A stretch of 62,632 nt of DNA from an uncultured Pseudomonadota bacterium (GCA_949296475.1 CASFOK010000018.1:1-62632), one strand, 5' to 3'. Positions 1 to 9,841 are shown, counted from the stretch's first letter. Notes: generated from the sequence alone by a model not told the origin. Numbers and translations are program-made.

Positions 1-106
1 AGCAAAAATCGCCGTCGGCATATTCACCAACGTTGCAAGTTACAGCATTTGCAGACACAATCGGTGTTATTAAAAAGCAGCACAACAGCAATATTTTTTT
101 AATCAT
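1..106 (-). CDS. 5' part of a secreted Cys-containing protein (runs off window)
   Basis: Manual translation MIKKILLLCCFLITPIVSANAVTCNVGEYADGDFC; signal peptide, GGGGG RBS-like sequence and promoter upstream. Confidence 0.7.
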   Translation of the reverse strand, partial: MIKKILLLCCFLITPIVSANAVTCNVGEYADGDFC

Positions 107-187
107 ACTGCGATAATCCCCCCATATGATATTTTTATAACTTTGATTTGATTCTAGAAAAAAATTCCCCATCCATGCAATAAAAAA
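48..187. repeat. 140-bp inverted repeat, left copy
   Basis: Reverse complement of 62492-62631 with one mismatch (172 vs 62507). Confidence 0.97.
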
Positions 188-211
188 ATCCACACAAACG
201 GTGGATTTTTT
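183..211. terminator. bidirectional intrinsic terminator
   Basis: AAAAAATCCAC-acaaacg-GTGGATTTTTT. Confidence 0.75.
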
Positions 212-224
212 ATTCTTACGTTTT

Positions 225-998
225 TTATTTTGCTGGTTTGATATATTCTTTATCTATGTTGTCCCTGATATAGTTCCTTATCAGTCCCGCAACATGGCAC
301 GCGTCCGATAAATCATTTACGAAGAAAACGAATTTATTTTGCGCGTATAAATCAATAGATTTACCCTTTGTAAATTCTTTCATTTTTTCTTCGGATATAT
401 ACATCTCGCGGTCGGACTTTACGTCAAAGACCCTGTACACTTTTTCGCCGTTTTCCAGCGTTTCAACGCGATTTTGTGCCTCTACATATGCGATGCAGTT
501 TCTGATTGATTTTATTGCTTCTTCTGATGCGCCACCGACGGTAACAGGCTGGTAATCAAATAATGGCACACAGTTAGCACCCGCGATATATTCGCCTTCG
601 TCCATGGATTTGCCGCTGGTCATGGTGACAGAGTTATCAACCGTGTCCCATAATACAAATCTTAAACCGAAATCTATGCTGTCATAGCCAACCTCTAGAC
701 GCAGACGGTTGGGCTTTTCATAAAATCCCGGTTCTTCGGATGCCGGTAAAGAAACAGTAAATGTGTCTTCTATGGAAGGCATCAAGTTATACAGCCATAG
801 ATGTTTAGTCAGCCATCTTTTTTCACGAATGTTTTTTGTCAGTCGCGTGAACTTCAAATCTGCCTTTGATTCATAAATCTTTGCGTCTACCATATACCGT
901 CCGCCTGCTAAATCGTTGCATACCAGCAACACGTCGTGTTTGGGTTTGTCACATGCTGTTAGCGCTAAGACTGACATTAAACATAGAATTTTTTTCAT
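225..998 (-). CDS. lipoprotein of unknown function
   Basis: Start at 998 after AGGAGG; MKKILCLMSVLALTAC lipobox (ORF track starts at 1031). Confidence 0.75.
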   Translation of the reverse strand: MKKILCLMSVLALTACDKPKHDVLLVCNDLAGGRYMVDAKIYESKADLKFTRLTKNIREKRWLTKHLWLYNLMPSIEDTFTVSLPASEEPGFYEKPNRLRLEVGYDSIDFGLRFVLWDTVDNSVTMTSGKSMDEGEYIAGANCVPLFDYQPVTVGGASEEAIKSIRNCIAYVEAQNRVETLENGEKVYRVFDVKSDREMYISEEKMKEFTKGKSIDLYAQNKFVFFVNDLSDACHVAGLIRNYIRDNIDKEYIKPAK

Positions 999-1103
999 TG
1001 GTGGCCTCCTAATTACAGGGAATGTTATCACAACGATATTGTCTTGTCAGTAAAAAAATTGGTGGGTTAATAAATAATAATTTTTAATCTGGTGTACGAT
1101 TTG

Positions 1104-2843
1104 TCAGTTCTGTTTATTATATATTTTGTTTTCAATTATATTTCCTATTGTGCCACCGATAACCCCGATGCCACCAACCGTCGCACCCGTATTAAATTTA
1201 TTTTGCGTGTCCGCCTTTTGTTCGTTCCATTCAGTCGCATCTTCACCGTGTTCGTTTGTTAGCGCGTTATACACGGATGTATAAACGCCTTGTTTTTCAG
1301 TTTGTGACGTGTTGTCATACAAATTAGTATATGCGGAATCAAGTATTGTCTGTGATTCTATGCCCGGCGCAAGCCCCAATGCTTCTTTTCTTTGTTTCAA
1401 ATCTGCCGCCAGTGTTTTGTATTCGGTTACTGTATTGAATAATTCATTACCGCCCGGCAGTACAACGTTTTCACCGTATTTTATATTTTTGTTGTCACCG
1501 TATCCGCAACGCATGGTTGCAATATATGCCTGCATATCTTGTTCGGCGGCCAAATCTGCCTGTTTTTCGGCCAAACTGGATGCGATTTGCATACCGCCGA
1601 AACCCGCAGCACCGATTGCCGCTGCACCCAATATGCGATTGGCCAGCGAATTTTCGCGCTCTTTGGCGCGCCGTAGGTTTTCTTGTAATACAGAATATTC
1701 TGTTAATTTGTCAATAAAATTTACAAACGTTTGATTGTCCATGTTTGGAACAGAAGGTAATTGTTCTTCTAACGTTTGTTGTATATCTGCAACTGTTGTT
1801 TCCAGTTCTGCAATGGATTCGGCGTTTGATTCTGCGGGAATCTTGTTGGTTTCGGGTGCTGATACTTCAGTTATAATTTGTGAAACGACTTCTTTTAAAG
1901 GTTCATCAGAAATGTTTTGCGCCACCGCAACAATATTGTCTTGCGGTTTTGTATCTTGTTCTGCCAGTGTTGTTGTGTTAAATGCCGGAGACGTTTTTTT
2001 CATTTCTTCTAATGCAGAGAAATATTTTGTAACGGGTACCGCGAAATCTTCGTTTTTGTCGTCTTCAAAAGAATCCACGCCACTGCTACAAACGCCTAAT
2101 AATGTATTGCCGTTGAAGTAGGCACCACCAGAATTCCCAGAAAAGTTGTCACATGTCGTTTGTATATTCTCCTCGAGGTAATAGTTTGATTTATATATTT
2201 TGCAATTTGTATCCGCTTTCAATCTGTATTTTGTCCACTCATAACCTTTGATATCAACGGTTCCATCCCTATCTTCTAGCGGTTTAATACCAAGTTTTTC
2301 GGCTTCTGCAAATAGTTTGTCTACAAGATCTGTAAATTTTGATTTTTGATTTTGTGTAAGCATTTGATTGAAAACATTACGAAATTGCTGTATTTCTTCG
2401 TCTGATAGTATACGCATATAACCAAATCCGGCATTGATAACGTTTGTATATTGTTGTGTGCTGGGAACATAAAAAAAGTCTTTGTTATAAAACTTAGAAT
2501 CTTTTATTCTTAATAATGCCCAATCGTCTGTTCGAAAATTCTGACCATATTTTTCCAAAAACACGGGCGTCGTTGTATCGTTATATAATACAATGTCATA
2601 TTCGTTGCCGATTTTTTCAAAATTGTCAAAACCGCGTTGTTTCGTAACACAATGTCGCGCGGTTAATATGATGTCATACCAAACATATTGTGCTGTACAA
2701 AGTCTTGTATCATTATAAAAAATTACAAGTTTGTTATAAGGAGGTTGTGACCAATCAACGTACGTACGATTGTCGCTGCTGCCGGTGGCGGCATATAATG
2801 GCGACAGGTATAATAAAAACAAGATAAAACATAAAAAGCGCAT
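1104..2843 (-). CDS. secreted trypsin-like serine protease with long coiled-coil/Gly-rich C-terminal region
   Basis: Signal peptide; triad motifs TARHC, DDWALL, GNSGG. Confidence 0.8.
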   Translation of the reverse strand: MRFLCFILFLLYLSPLYAATGSSDNRTYVDWSQPPYNKLVIFYNDTRLCTAQYVWYDIILTARHCVTKQRGFDNFEKIGNEYDIVLYNDTTTPVFLEKYGQNFRTDDWALLRIKDSKFYNKDFFYVPSTQQYTNVINAGFGYMRILSDEEIQQFRNVFNQMLTQNQKSKFTDLVDKLFAEAEKLGIKPLEDRDGTVDIKGYEWTKYRLKADTNCKIYKSNYYLEENIQTTCDNFSGNSGGAYFNGNTLLGVCSSGVDSFEDDKNEDFAVPVTKYFSALEEMKKTSPAFNTTTLAEQDTKPQDNIVAVAQNISDEPLKEVVSQIITEVSAPETNKIPAESNAESIAELETTVADIQQTLEEQLPSVPNMDNQTFVNFIDKLTEYSVLQENLRRAKERENSLANRILGAAAIGAAGFGGMQIASSLAEKQADLAAEQDMQAYIATMRCGYGDNKNIKYGENVVLPGGNELFNTVTEYKTLAADLKQRKEALGLAPGIESQTILDSAYTNLYDNTSQTEKQGVYTSVYNALTNEHGEDATEWNEQKADTQNKFNTGATVGGIGVIGGTIGNIIENKIYNKQN

Positions 2844-2966
2844 CTATCTCTGCACGTACATTTAATTATTGGTTTATGTGTTATTATATACATTATACCT
2901 TAATTTTGAAAATAAATCAAACCACTGTTAACTGGGGTGTTGATTGTTTAAACGGCAGATTTAAAT

Positions 2967-2995
2967 TTGCAAAATATACAAAAACTTGATATAAT
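2967..2995 (+). promoter_or_regulatory. sigma70-type promoter
   Basis: TTGCAA-17 bp-TATAAT. Confidence 0.7.
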
Positions 2996-3001
2996 TTTCA
3001 G

Positions 3002-3195
3002 TAAATCAAATACAGTCTATTAGGTTTTGGGGTTTTCAAAAGCCCAATAGGTCCGGTGCAAATGCATCGTTATATCCCTGACTATGGTCGGGGGGCTGAC
3101 TGCTATAAAACAGGTCTAAACCAAAGGCAGCAGAGTCATTGACCTATATGATTTTTGAACTCCCCGACCGCGTAATTTTAGCGGTCTATTTGTTA
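3002..3195 (+). ncRNA. structured RNA, C4 antisense-like / attenuator architecture
   Basis: GGTCGGGGG(3086)..CTCCCCGACC(3160-3169) closing stem with internal hairpins; overlapping GACCGC/GCGGTC terminator-like hairpin; promoter directly upstream. Confidence 0.5.
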
Positions 3196-3242
3196 TAAAA
3201 TTATAAAAAGGAGAAAAAATAATAGGCGGGTTTAATAAAAAT

Positions 3243-3791
3243 TTGGCTGATTATATAGACGCCAAAGAACAAATTATTATTGATACGCGTAAGAACGCCA
3301 GGGTATATTTGTATTCAAGTCTGCTAAAATCTTTGTTCGTTTCTTTATTTTTGACGCTTTTTATTAGCCAACTTGTTTATATGGGAATTTTTTGGATGAA
3401 TTTTGGTGTGGCAAGTGGTGTAGAATCTGGGTTTTCCGTTGGTTTTACATTTGTTGCCTTTTTGTTTATGGTCTTGTATATGTTGTCTTTTTTGTTGATT
3501 TATAACAATCAACGTTCAATAAGGTATGTTTTAACAAATTGTGGTATATATAAAATTACTGGGTTGGTTTTTAAACGTGTGAAATTCGTCGCATATAATC
3601 AAGTTACAGATGTAAAAATGTCCAGAGGACCCATAGAGCGTATGTTTGGCGCGGGCTCTATTGGCGTTGGAACGGCCAGCGGTAATGTCGTCGGCAATGG
3701 TTATATATATTCAAAAAACGAGTTAGATATAGAATCTGTGGACGATTATAATAATATCAGAGAGATTATTATTAAACAAAGGAAGCAATAA
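3243..3791 (+). CDS. membrane protein with bacterial PH (bPH_2) domain
   Basis: Two TM helices then RYVLTN..IYKITG..VAYNQVTDV..RGPIERMFGAGSI.VGTA pattern; TTG start. Confidence 0.75.
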   Translation: MADYIDAKEQIIIDTRKNARVYLYSSLLKSLFVSLFLTLFISQLVYMGIFWMNFGVASGVESGFSVGFTFVAFLFMVLYMLSFLLIYNNQRSIRYVLTNCGIYKITGLVFKRVKFVAYNQVTDVKMSRGPIERMFGAGSIGVGTASGNVVGNGYIYSKNELDIESVDDYNNIREIIIKQRKQ

Positions 3792-3847
3792 AGGGTTACT
3801 GAAAATTGCGCACAGGGCGAATTTAAATTTTTTGTTTTATAACTAAC

Positions 3848-3873
3848 AAAAAACACCCATAAGGGTGTTTTTT
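3848..3873. terminator. bidirectional terminator between convergent genes
   Basis: AAAAAACACCC-ATAA-GGGTGTTTTTT. Confidence 0.8.
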
Positions 3874-3885
3874 TAGTAATCGGTA

Positions 3886-4599
3886 TTATCTGGACTGTTG
3901 TTTCGTTCCAAAACCGGCGTATTTCATACGTTCGTATTCGTTTTTATAATACAGGATTTGTTTTTCTGCTTGTTGTATTTCTTCGCGGTATTTTGAGAGG
4001 CATTTTGATTTGTATTCTTGCGCTCTATTATATTCTTGGCGCAGTTCGTCCAGTTGCTGTTTGCGTTTATTAAACTCTGCGCTGCCGTATTTTACCGAAC
4101 CGAAGTTATACGATGCATTTTTATATCTTTCAAAAGCGATTTTTTCATTTAGTTCTGCGATTTTATAATTGTTTTTTGCCCTTTCGTGATTGCGAAATGC
4201 TTCTTGTAGATTTTCCCATGCCTTGTTAATTTCTGAATCATAAGAATAGTTTGTTTGTTCTTTTTGATTTTGTGTTGTGCCGGTGTTCTGCTTTACGTCG
4301 GCAGTTTGTTTTTTCATTTCGGCTTGTTGCGGGTTATAATTCTTATTTTGCCCGATGTGCTTTATTACAAGTTCATATGCAATAATGACAAGTTGGGACA
4401 TTTTGGTGGCTTCTGCGACGTTGTTTGGGTTGTTGTCAGGGTGCCAGCGCCGTATTAAAGTTCTGTATGATTGTTTTGCTTCTTGTTCTGTGGCGTTTAA
4501 TGAAATTCCTAGGATTTGTGCGGCATGTTGAGGGTTCAGTTCTGCCATGTTTATAGAACTGTTTGTTTTGTCGTTACCGTTTTGTTCAAAGTTTTTCAT
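3886..4599 (-). CDS. J-domain (DnaJ-like) protein with coiled-coil tail
   Basis: ILGIS..AT..EAKQSYR.LIRRWHPD motif. Confidence 0.8.
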   Translation of the reverse strand: MKNFEQNGNDKTNSSINMAELNPQHAAQILGISLNATEQEAKQSYRTLIRRWHPDNNPNNVAEATKMSQLVIIAYELVIKHIGQNKNYNPQQAEMKKQTADVKQNTGTTQNQKEQTNYSYDSEINKAWENLQEAFRNHERAKNNYKIAELNEKIAFERYKNASYNFGSVKYGSAEFNKRKQQLDELRQEYNRAQEYKSKCLSKYREEIQQAEKQILYYKNEYERMKYAGFGTKQQSR

Positions 4600-5010
4600 T
4601 ATTATCTCCCTGTTGTGTTTATATATACATCCTAGTTTTGTATAAGTATATTATAATACAATAATTTATTTTGTCAATATTTATTTTAAAATATAATATG
4701 TGGGGGTAAAATACGGGGGAAGACGCGTCATTAGACATAATTTGTAAAACTATGTGCCGCCAGATTTATAAAGCAGTTGCCTGGTTCGCCAATACGAGAG
4801 TATGTTTCCTTATTTTGTGGCCCGACACGCATAATGCCATAACAAAAAACGACCTTTTCAGGTCGTTTTATCTTGGGGTCGCATACTGCAATCCTTGGGC
4901 TAATAAAACCGAACATTCCTGGCGACTTGGTGTTCAAATTAAGGGGTACATACAAATTGTAATGGGGTTAAGAATTTGTTATAATATGAAAGTATGATGA
5001 AGGAGAAAAT

Positions 5011-5607
5011 ATGAAGAAACTGTTAATTTTAACGTCTTTGTTGGGATTGGCGGCGTGCGACCGGTCCGAGGTTTTTGAATTAAAGTGTGTAAGTGGCGAC
5101 ATTTATAAACCATATAAAGATGTAGTTTTACAGGTTGAAGAGGGCAGACTTCTTATTACTGATAAGGCTGGAAAAGAACAGGAAATATCATTTGTTCTGG
5201 ACGAGAGTACAAGGTATTCTGACAAAAATAGCGGAACTAGTGTATCTCTAGAGAACGGATATATTGAATTTGTCTCATTTGCGAAGGGGCATTGCGATGT
5301 TGTTGTGCCGATGGGTACTCATTTTGATGCCGACTGCACGGGAATAAAATTATCTGGTCAGATAAACAAAGATTATGCTTTGGTATCTATTGACGGTGGT
5401 AAAGATATGCGTTTGCCATTATCAAAGAAGTATACTGATGAAACTGACAAACTTGATACATATTTATTCAAGGAAGCAGAAAATGGTTGGTCTGTATTTG
5501 TGGTGGCTGATACGGGTGTAGACAAAGTTTTTCAGATAAGTATATCAGAACCGAATGGAATGTCTACATATAATGGATGTAACGTGATGATTCCTTTGAA
5601 AGACTAA
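5011..5607 (+). CDS. lipoprotein of unknown function
   Basis: AAGGAG RBS; LGLAAC lipobox. Confidence 0.75.
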   Translation: MKKLLILTSLLGLAACDRSEVFELKCVSGDIYKPYKDVVLQVEEGRLLITDKAGKEQEISFVLDESTRYSDKNSGTSVSLENGYIEFVSFAKGHCDVVVPMGTHFDADCTGIKLSGQINKDYALVSIDGGKDMRLPLSKKYTDETDKLDTYLFKEAENGWSVFVVADTGVDKVFQISISEPNGMSTYNGCNVMIPLKD

Positions 5608-5800
5608 AAGTGTCTTTTATTAAAAAAGGTTAAAAGGATGCCCCCGAAAAACAATCGTTAAAACTTCGGGGGCTTTTTATTTCAGCAGGGCCTATTGTGC
5701 GATTTTAGGGCTGGTGATATGTTATCGTTCAAAGGTTTGACCAAGCCAAACTAACGTCACATAGCCACAATTATATATTTTTATATCGTTTATATAGGCA

Positions 5801-6364
5801 TTATTTATATTCGGACTTTAATTTTCCGAAATATAACTTATCACGTAAAGAGCCATCTGGCCATTTCGAATCTTGGCGAATTATGCCTTCAAGTATGTAC
5901 CCATTTTTTTCAGCGATTTTTTTGGAGGCTATATTTTCAGAATCACAATGCAATGATATTTTATGGCACCAATCTTGCTCAAATGCTAATTTTTCTATGC
6001 GTGGTAGTAATTTGCTTATAATATTTTTATCGCGCGCAGATTTTCGTAGCCAGTATCCAACATGACACACGCCGTTTTTTTCGTCCACATTTGAAAAACC
6101 TATTTCGCCCAACAGTTTATCGTTTTGAAAAATACCGAACATCAATGAGCGATTTGAACGATTACGATTGTAATAATTAATTAACGTTTGTTCCGGAGAT
6201 TGAAAATTCCCATTAGGCGCCCAAAAAATCATGTTTTCTGTATCTTTGGAAAATATTTTATAAATTTCCTGAGCATATTTGATTGTAGGCGGAACAAGTT
6301 TTAATGTGTAACCGTTTGATTTAAATTCTCGTTGTCTAAGGTTTTCAAATGTCATGTGTATCAT
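5801..6364 (-). CDS. GNAT acetyltransferase, RimJ/RimL family
   Basis: VGYWLRKSAR, N.ASKKIAEKNGY.LEG motifs. Confidence 0.85.
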   Translation of the reverse strand: MIHMTFENLRQREFKSNGYTLKLVPPTIKYAQEIYKIFSKDTENMIFWAPNGNFQSPEQTLINYYNRNRSNRSLMFGIFQNDKLLGEIGFSNVDEKNGVCHVGYWLRKSARDKNIISKLLPRIEKLAFEQDWCHKISLHCDSENIASKKIAEKNGYILEGIIRQDSKWPDGSLRDKLYFGKLKSEYK

Positions 6365-6503
6365 CCTTTTCAGTAAAAGGTATAACTAATCATATGGTAA
6401 AAGTTTTACTGTTCTAAAATTATATCACGGGGTGTAGTAAATTCAAAACATATTCTGTTGAGCAGTAAGAATAGAATTGCTTTAAATCTGGTTTGTATAC
6501 AAC

Positions 6504-6531
6504 AAAAAACGACCTGAAAAGGTCGTTTTTT
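6504..6531. terminator. intrinsic terminator (related copies at 4846-4869 and ~9737-9762)
   Basis: AAAAAACGACC-TGAAAA-GGTCGTTTTTT. Confidence 0.75.
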
Positions 6532-6563
6532 ATCTAGGTAGAGCCTGCTGTGCAATTTTCGGA

Positions 6564-7142
6564 CTATTTTTTATACTCTGATTTCAGTTTTGACCAGAAC
6601 ATAACGTCATATACTTTATTATCTGGATATACACCTCCTTGTCGGGAAACGCCGTCAAGATGAAAACCAGATGATTTAATAGAGTTTGCCGAGCGAACAT
6701 TTCCTGCGCTACACTGGCGGGTTATCCTGTTTGCACCTAGAACATTAAAAGCAATTTCTTCTATTTTATCGGACGTTTCTTTTGCAAAGCCGTTGCCCCA
6801 TGCGGAATGCACCAACCATACTATAGACATTTGAAGTGTTTTGGTGGCGTCGTCAAAGAAATGAAATCTGCGATATCCGATAAGTTTATTATTGTGAAAT
6901 ATGTAATAATTTGCGCCAGTTGATTTAGAATATTCTTCCTCTTGCTGCATTTTCTTTAACATTTCTGCCGATGTTTTAGGCGCGGCATTCTTTGCTATCG
7001 GGTTATAATAAAAATCGTCAGGATTTTCGTTTTTTACCGCATCAAAGACCAACTTTGCATTTTCTGGTGTCGCGTCCAGTTTTCTCATTTCAAGACGTTC
7101 TGTTTTTATAACTTTGGGTAATTTTTTTATTGAATTTATCAT
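6564..7142 (-). CDS. GNAT acetyltransferase, RimJ/RimL family (paralogue)
   Basis: IKTERL, WGNGFAKE, NVRS..IKSSGF.LDG; same KLKSEYK C-terminus as neighbour. Confidence 0.85.
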   Translation of the reverse strand: MINSIKKLPKVIKTERLEMRKLDATPENAKLVFDAVKNENPDDFYYNPIAKNAAPKTSAEMLKKMQQEEEYSKSTGANYYIFHNNKLIGYRRFHFFDDATKTLQMSIVWLVHSAWGNGFAKETSDKIEEIAFNVLGANRITRQCSAGNVRSANSIKSSGFHLDGVSRQGGVYPDNKVYDVMFWSKLKSEYKK

Positions 7143-7170
7143 ATTTTACCTCTAGATAAAAATATTATTT

Positions 7171-8292
7171 TCATTTACTTCTGTCGCCGTGTATCTTTAT
7201 TTGTCGTAATAATAGGTTTTTATCTATATCTGATAATGCAACATCTAAAGCATCTGTGCCTTCTTCACATTTTATGTCGGGTTTGTAACCGTTAAGTTCA
7301 AAATTATCTTTAAATAGCACTCTGTAATTCATACCGATAGATACTTTTATCTGACTATTTTTTAGAAATGTGTTGCCCATATTTCCAAATGTTTCCATGC
7401 CTGCCGAATTATCTCCAATGACTTTTACGCAAGGGTGGTGAATCATACGCAGTAAAAACATTTCTGCACTGGAACCTGTAATCCTATCTGTTAAAATATA
7501 AATAGGTTTAATATATGCTTTATTTTTGTCTATTGAATAATTTTTACCTTCTCTAAAAAATATAAAATTTTCTGATTCTGGTAAGCCAGCCCAAAAAGCA
7601 TTTGGTGAAGATTCTTGTTGTATTTTTTGCGCTTCTGGTGTGGCTCTGACATATAATTTACGAAAACTATCTATTTTTGTGCCACACAAATAGTTTGCGA
7701 ATTTGTCGGAATAAGTACTGTTACCACCACTATTCCCGCGTAAATCTATTATTAGTGCGTTAGATTTTGGTAATATCTCATTTATAAAAGATGCGATAGT
7801 ATCCTTAAATTCGTCTGTCCTTAACATTCTCTTAAATCCGATAATCGCGATATTTTTTTTGAGCATTTCAAATGAAATACCAGCGTTTTGTGATATGTTG
7901 GACCCGACATTTTTGTATTCTTTTCTTTTGGTTGTTATAGCTCTAACACCATTGAAGGACATACTAATATGATTATCTGGTATGCAGCCAATAACGTGCT
8001 TTATCGAATTAAAAAATTCCTGAGAGGTTGTATCGCGTGCATTATTGTAAATGTCAATCAGTTGCTTTAAAACTTTCCTTTTTATAAAAACGTTAAGAAC
8101 AGGCCAACCAACATAAGCACGAATAAGCAACCGTGCAAGAATAGAGACATCTTGTTTAACTTCTTTGGCGGTTAATTTTTTAGTCGGCTCTTGTTTAACA
8201 GATGTTGATACTGAAATGTCATCAACAGATGAATTTTTTAATAACCAATCTTCCATTTTAGAAATACTCAAAAATAGGTTATTTGTAGACAT
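7171..8292 (-). CDS. S41-family peptidase (no signal peptide)
   Basis: LIIDLRGNSGG, TGSSAE, GYKPD motifs. Confidence 0.85.
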   Translation of the reverse strand: MSTNNLFLSISKMEDWLLKNSSVDDISVSTSVKQEPTKKLTAKEVKQDVSILARLLIRAYVGWPVLNVFIKRKVLKQLIDIYNNARDTTSQEFFNSIKHVIGCIPDNHISMSFNGVRAITTKRKEYKNVGSNISQNAGISFEMLKKNIAIIGFKRMLRTDEFKDTIASFINEILPKSNALIIDLRGNSGGNSTYSDKFANYLCGTKIDSFRKLYVRATPEAQKIQQESSPNAFWAGLPESENFIFFREGKNYSIDKNKAYIKPIYILTDRITGSSAEMFLLRMIHHPCVKVIGDNSAGMETFGNMGNTFLKNSQIKVSIGMNYRVLFKDNFELNGYKPDIKCEEGTDALDVALSDIDKNLLLRQIKIHGDRSK

Positions 8293-8339
8293 GTTTATTT
8301 TGCCTTTCGTTACATGATGACATTAAAATCAACACTCAA

Positions 8340-8930
8340 CTAGTGTATAAAGCTTTTTCCGTTCCAAATTAATTTTACATAATCACAATTGTCAATTTTT
8401 GCGTCACCCATACCTACCATGTTTAAAATGCCACGCATAACCACGCTGTGTGTAGAAATTGCGATAGTATCATAAGGTGCGTTTTTAACGATTTCTGTAA
8501 TCGCTTTTTGGGCTCGTGACCAACATGCTGTGCGTGATTCCCCACCGTCTGGTTTCCAGTTGTTGTCATTTAGTTGTGATGCCGGTAAGAATAATTCTAG
8601 TTGTTTATAGTCTGCCTGGTATTCATCTGGATTGTCTGTGCCATGTACGATGTGTCCCTGCAGTTTTCCATTGTTTCGTTCTTTTAACCTGTTATCAGAT
8701 ATTACAGGTGCACCGATTTTTTCAGATACAATTTGTGCAGTTTGTTTTGCGCGAGATAGGGGTGAAGTATATATAATTTTAATTTGCTTATCTAACATTT
8801 TTTCAGCTAATTCAATTGCCTGTTCTTGACCATTTTTATTTAATGGTATATCCAATTGTCCCATAACTCTTTTTTGGACGTTGTAGTCGGTTTGTCCGTG
8901 TCTGAAAACATAGATTGTTTTTATCGTCAT
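8340..8930 (-). CDS. histidine phosphatase / phosphoglycerate mutase family
   Basis: RHGQT, SPLSRAKQTA, GGES, STH motifs. Confidence 0.9.
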   Translation of the reverse strand: MTIKTIYVFRHGQTDYNVQKRVMGQLDIPLNKNGQEQAIELAEKMLDKQIKIIYTSPLSRAKQTAQIVSEKIGAPVISDNRLKERNNGKLQGHIVHGTDNPDEYQADYKQLELFLPASQLNDNNWKPDGGESRTACWSRAQKAITEIVKNAPYDTIAISTHSVVMRGILNMVGMGDAKIDNCDYVKLIWNGKSFIH

Positions 8931-8996
8931 ATCAGCATGATATCACAGCTGGCCCATAAAGTCTATGGTAATATAAATGTATATTTGCAGGGAGAT

Positions 8997-9704
8997 TTAT
9001 CTTTCTTTTGTGTGTTGTGATTGTGTTTTTGTATAGTCTTTCATCATTTTAGCAACGGCACCACTTAGGTCTGTTTTAATTGTATTTGTGGTTATATAAG
9101 CATTTGCAAATGATTTTTCAAACATTGGTTGAACTGGTTTATTAAATAATTCTAGCCCAATTATATCAATAATGCGTTCTTTTAAATCTTGCGGAACGTT
9201 GTACTTAGAGATAATTTGTTCTTCTATTAAAATGTGAACAAATTCGTGTAACATTGTCAGGCGTATACCAAAGTCATTCCTTTTGGTATTATTTACCCTC
9301 AATATTATTCGTGCATTTTTGCCTGTGCCTTAGCTAGCACCAAATCCATATGTGCATAAAAATGTAAGTGTTTCTGGCATTTTTGTATTCCACGCACTTA
9401 GCAAAGGTTTTATGCGGGTTTCGATTATTTGTTGAAATATAGGAATTGCTTTTTTTATATTTTCGTCCTGTTTTGTTAAAAGCATTGGGTTATGTATTTC
9501 GTTAACAAAGATGTCATGATAATGTTGAATTTGTTCATCGGACAGTTCCGGAAATTGAAACATTTCATACATTCTAATATCGTTTGGTGTGAAGCCAATA
9601 GGGCTGTAATTAAACTTTTTAAGGTTTAACTGGTACCTTTTATATGCTTGAAGTATATATTGTCATGCTTCCTCGGCATTCATGTGGTTTAATGTTATTT
9701 GCAT
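8997..9704 (-). pseudogene. pseudogene of an HExxH (zincin-like) protein
   Basis: One frame from ATG 9704 (GAGGA RBS) interrupted by in-frame TGA 9665-9663 and TAA 9332-9330; LHEFVH motif. Confidence 0.75.
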
Positions 9705-9765
9705 TTTGCCGTCCTCATTCAAGAAAAATTATAGTAAAAAATGACCTGAAGGTCGTTATTTATTT

Positions 9766-9841
9766 TGGCAGCCCCAACCGGATTCGAACCGGTGTTCTCG
9801 CCTTGAAAGGGCGGTGTCCTGGGCCTCTAGACGATGGGGCC
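9766..9841 (-). tRNA. tRNA-Glu(TTC)
   Basis: Cloverleaf, anticodon loop CT-TTC-AA, GGTTCGAATCC, encoded CCA. Confidence 0.95.

Noticed and set aside
3095-3160. Resemblance to M-box (ykoK) or c-di-GMP-I riboswitch segments
   Set aside because: Only partial similarity; the conserved 5' halves are missing and the C4-like reading explains more features.
4731-4997. Short overlapping ORFs on both strands
   Set aside because: They span a terminator hairpin and have no RBS or recognisable motif.
3886-9766. Integrative island at tRNA-Glu
   Set aside because: No integrase and no duplicated tRNA 3' end found.
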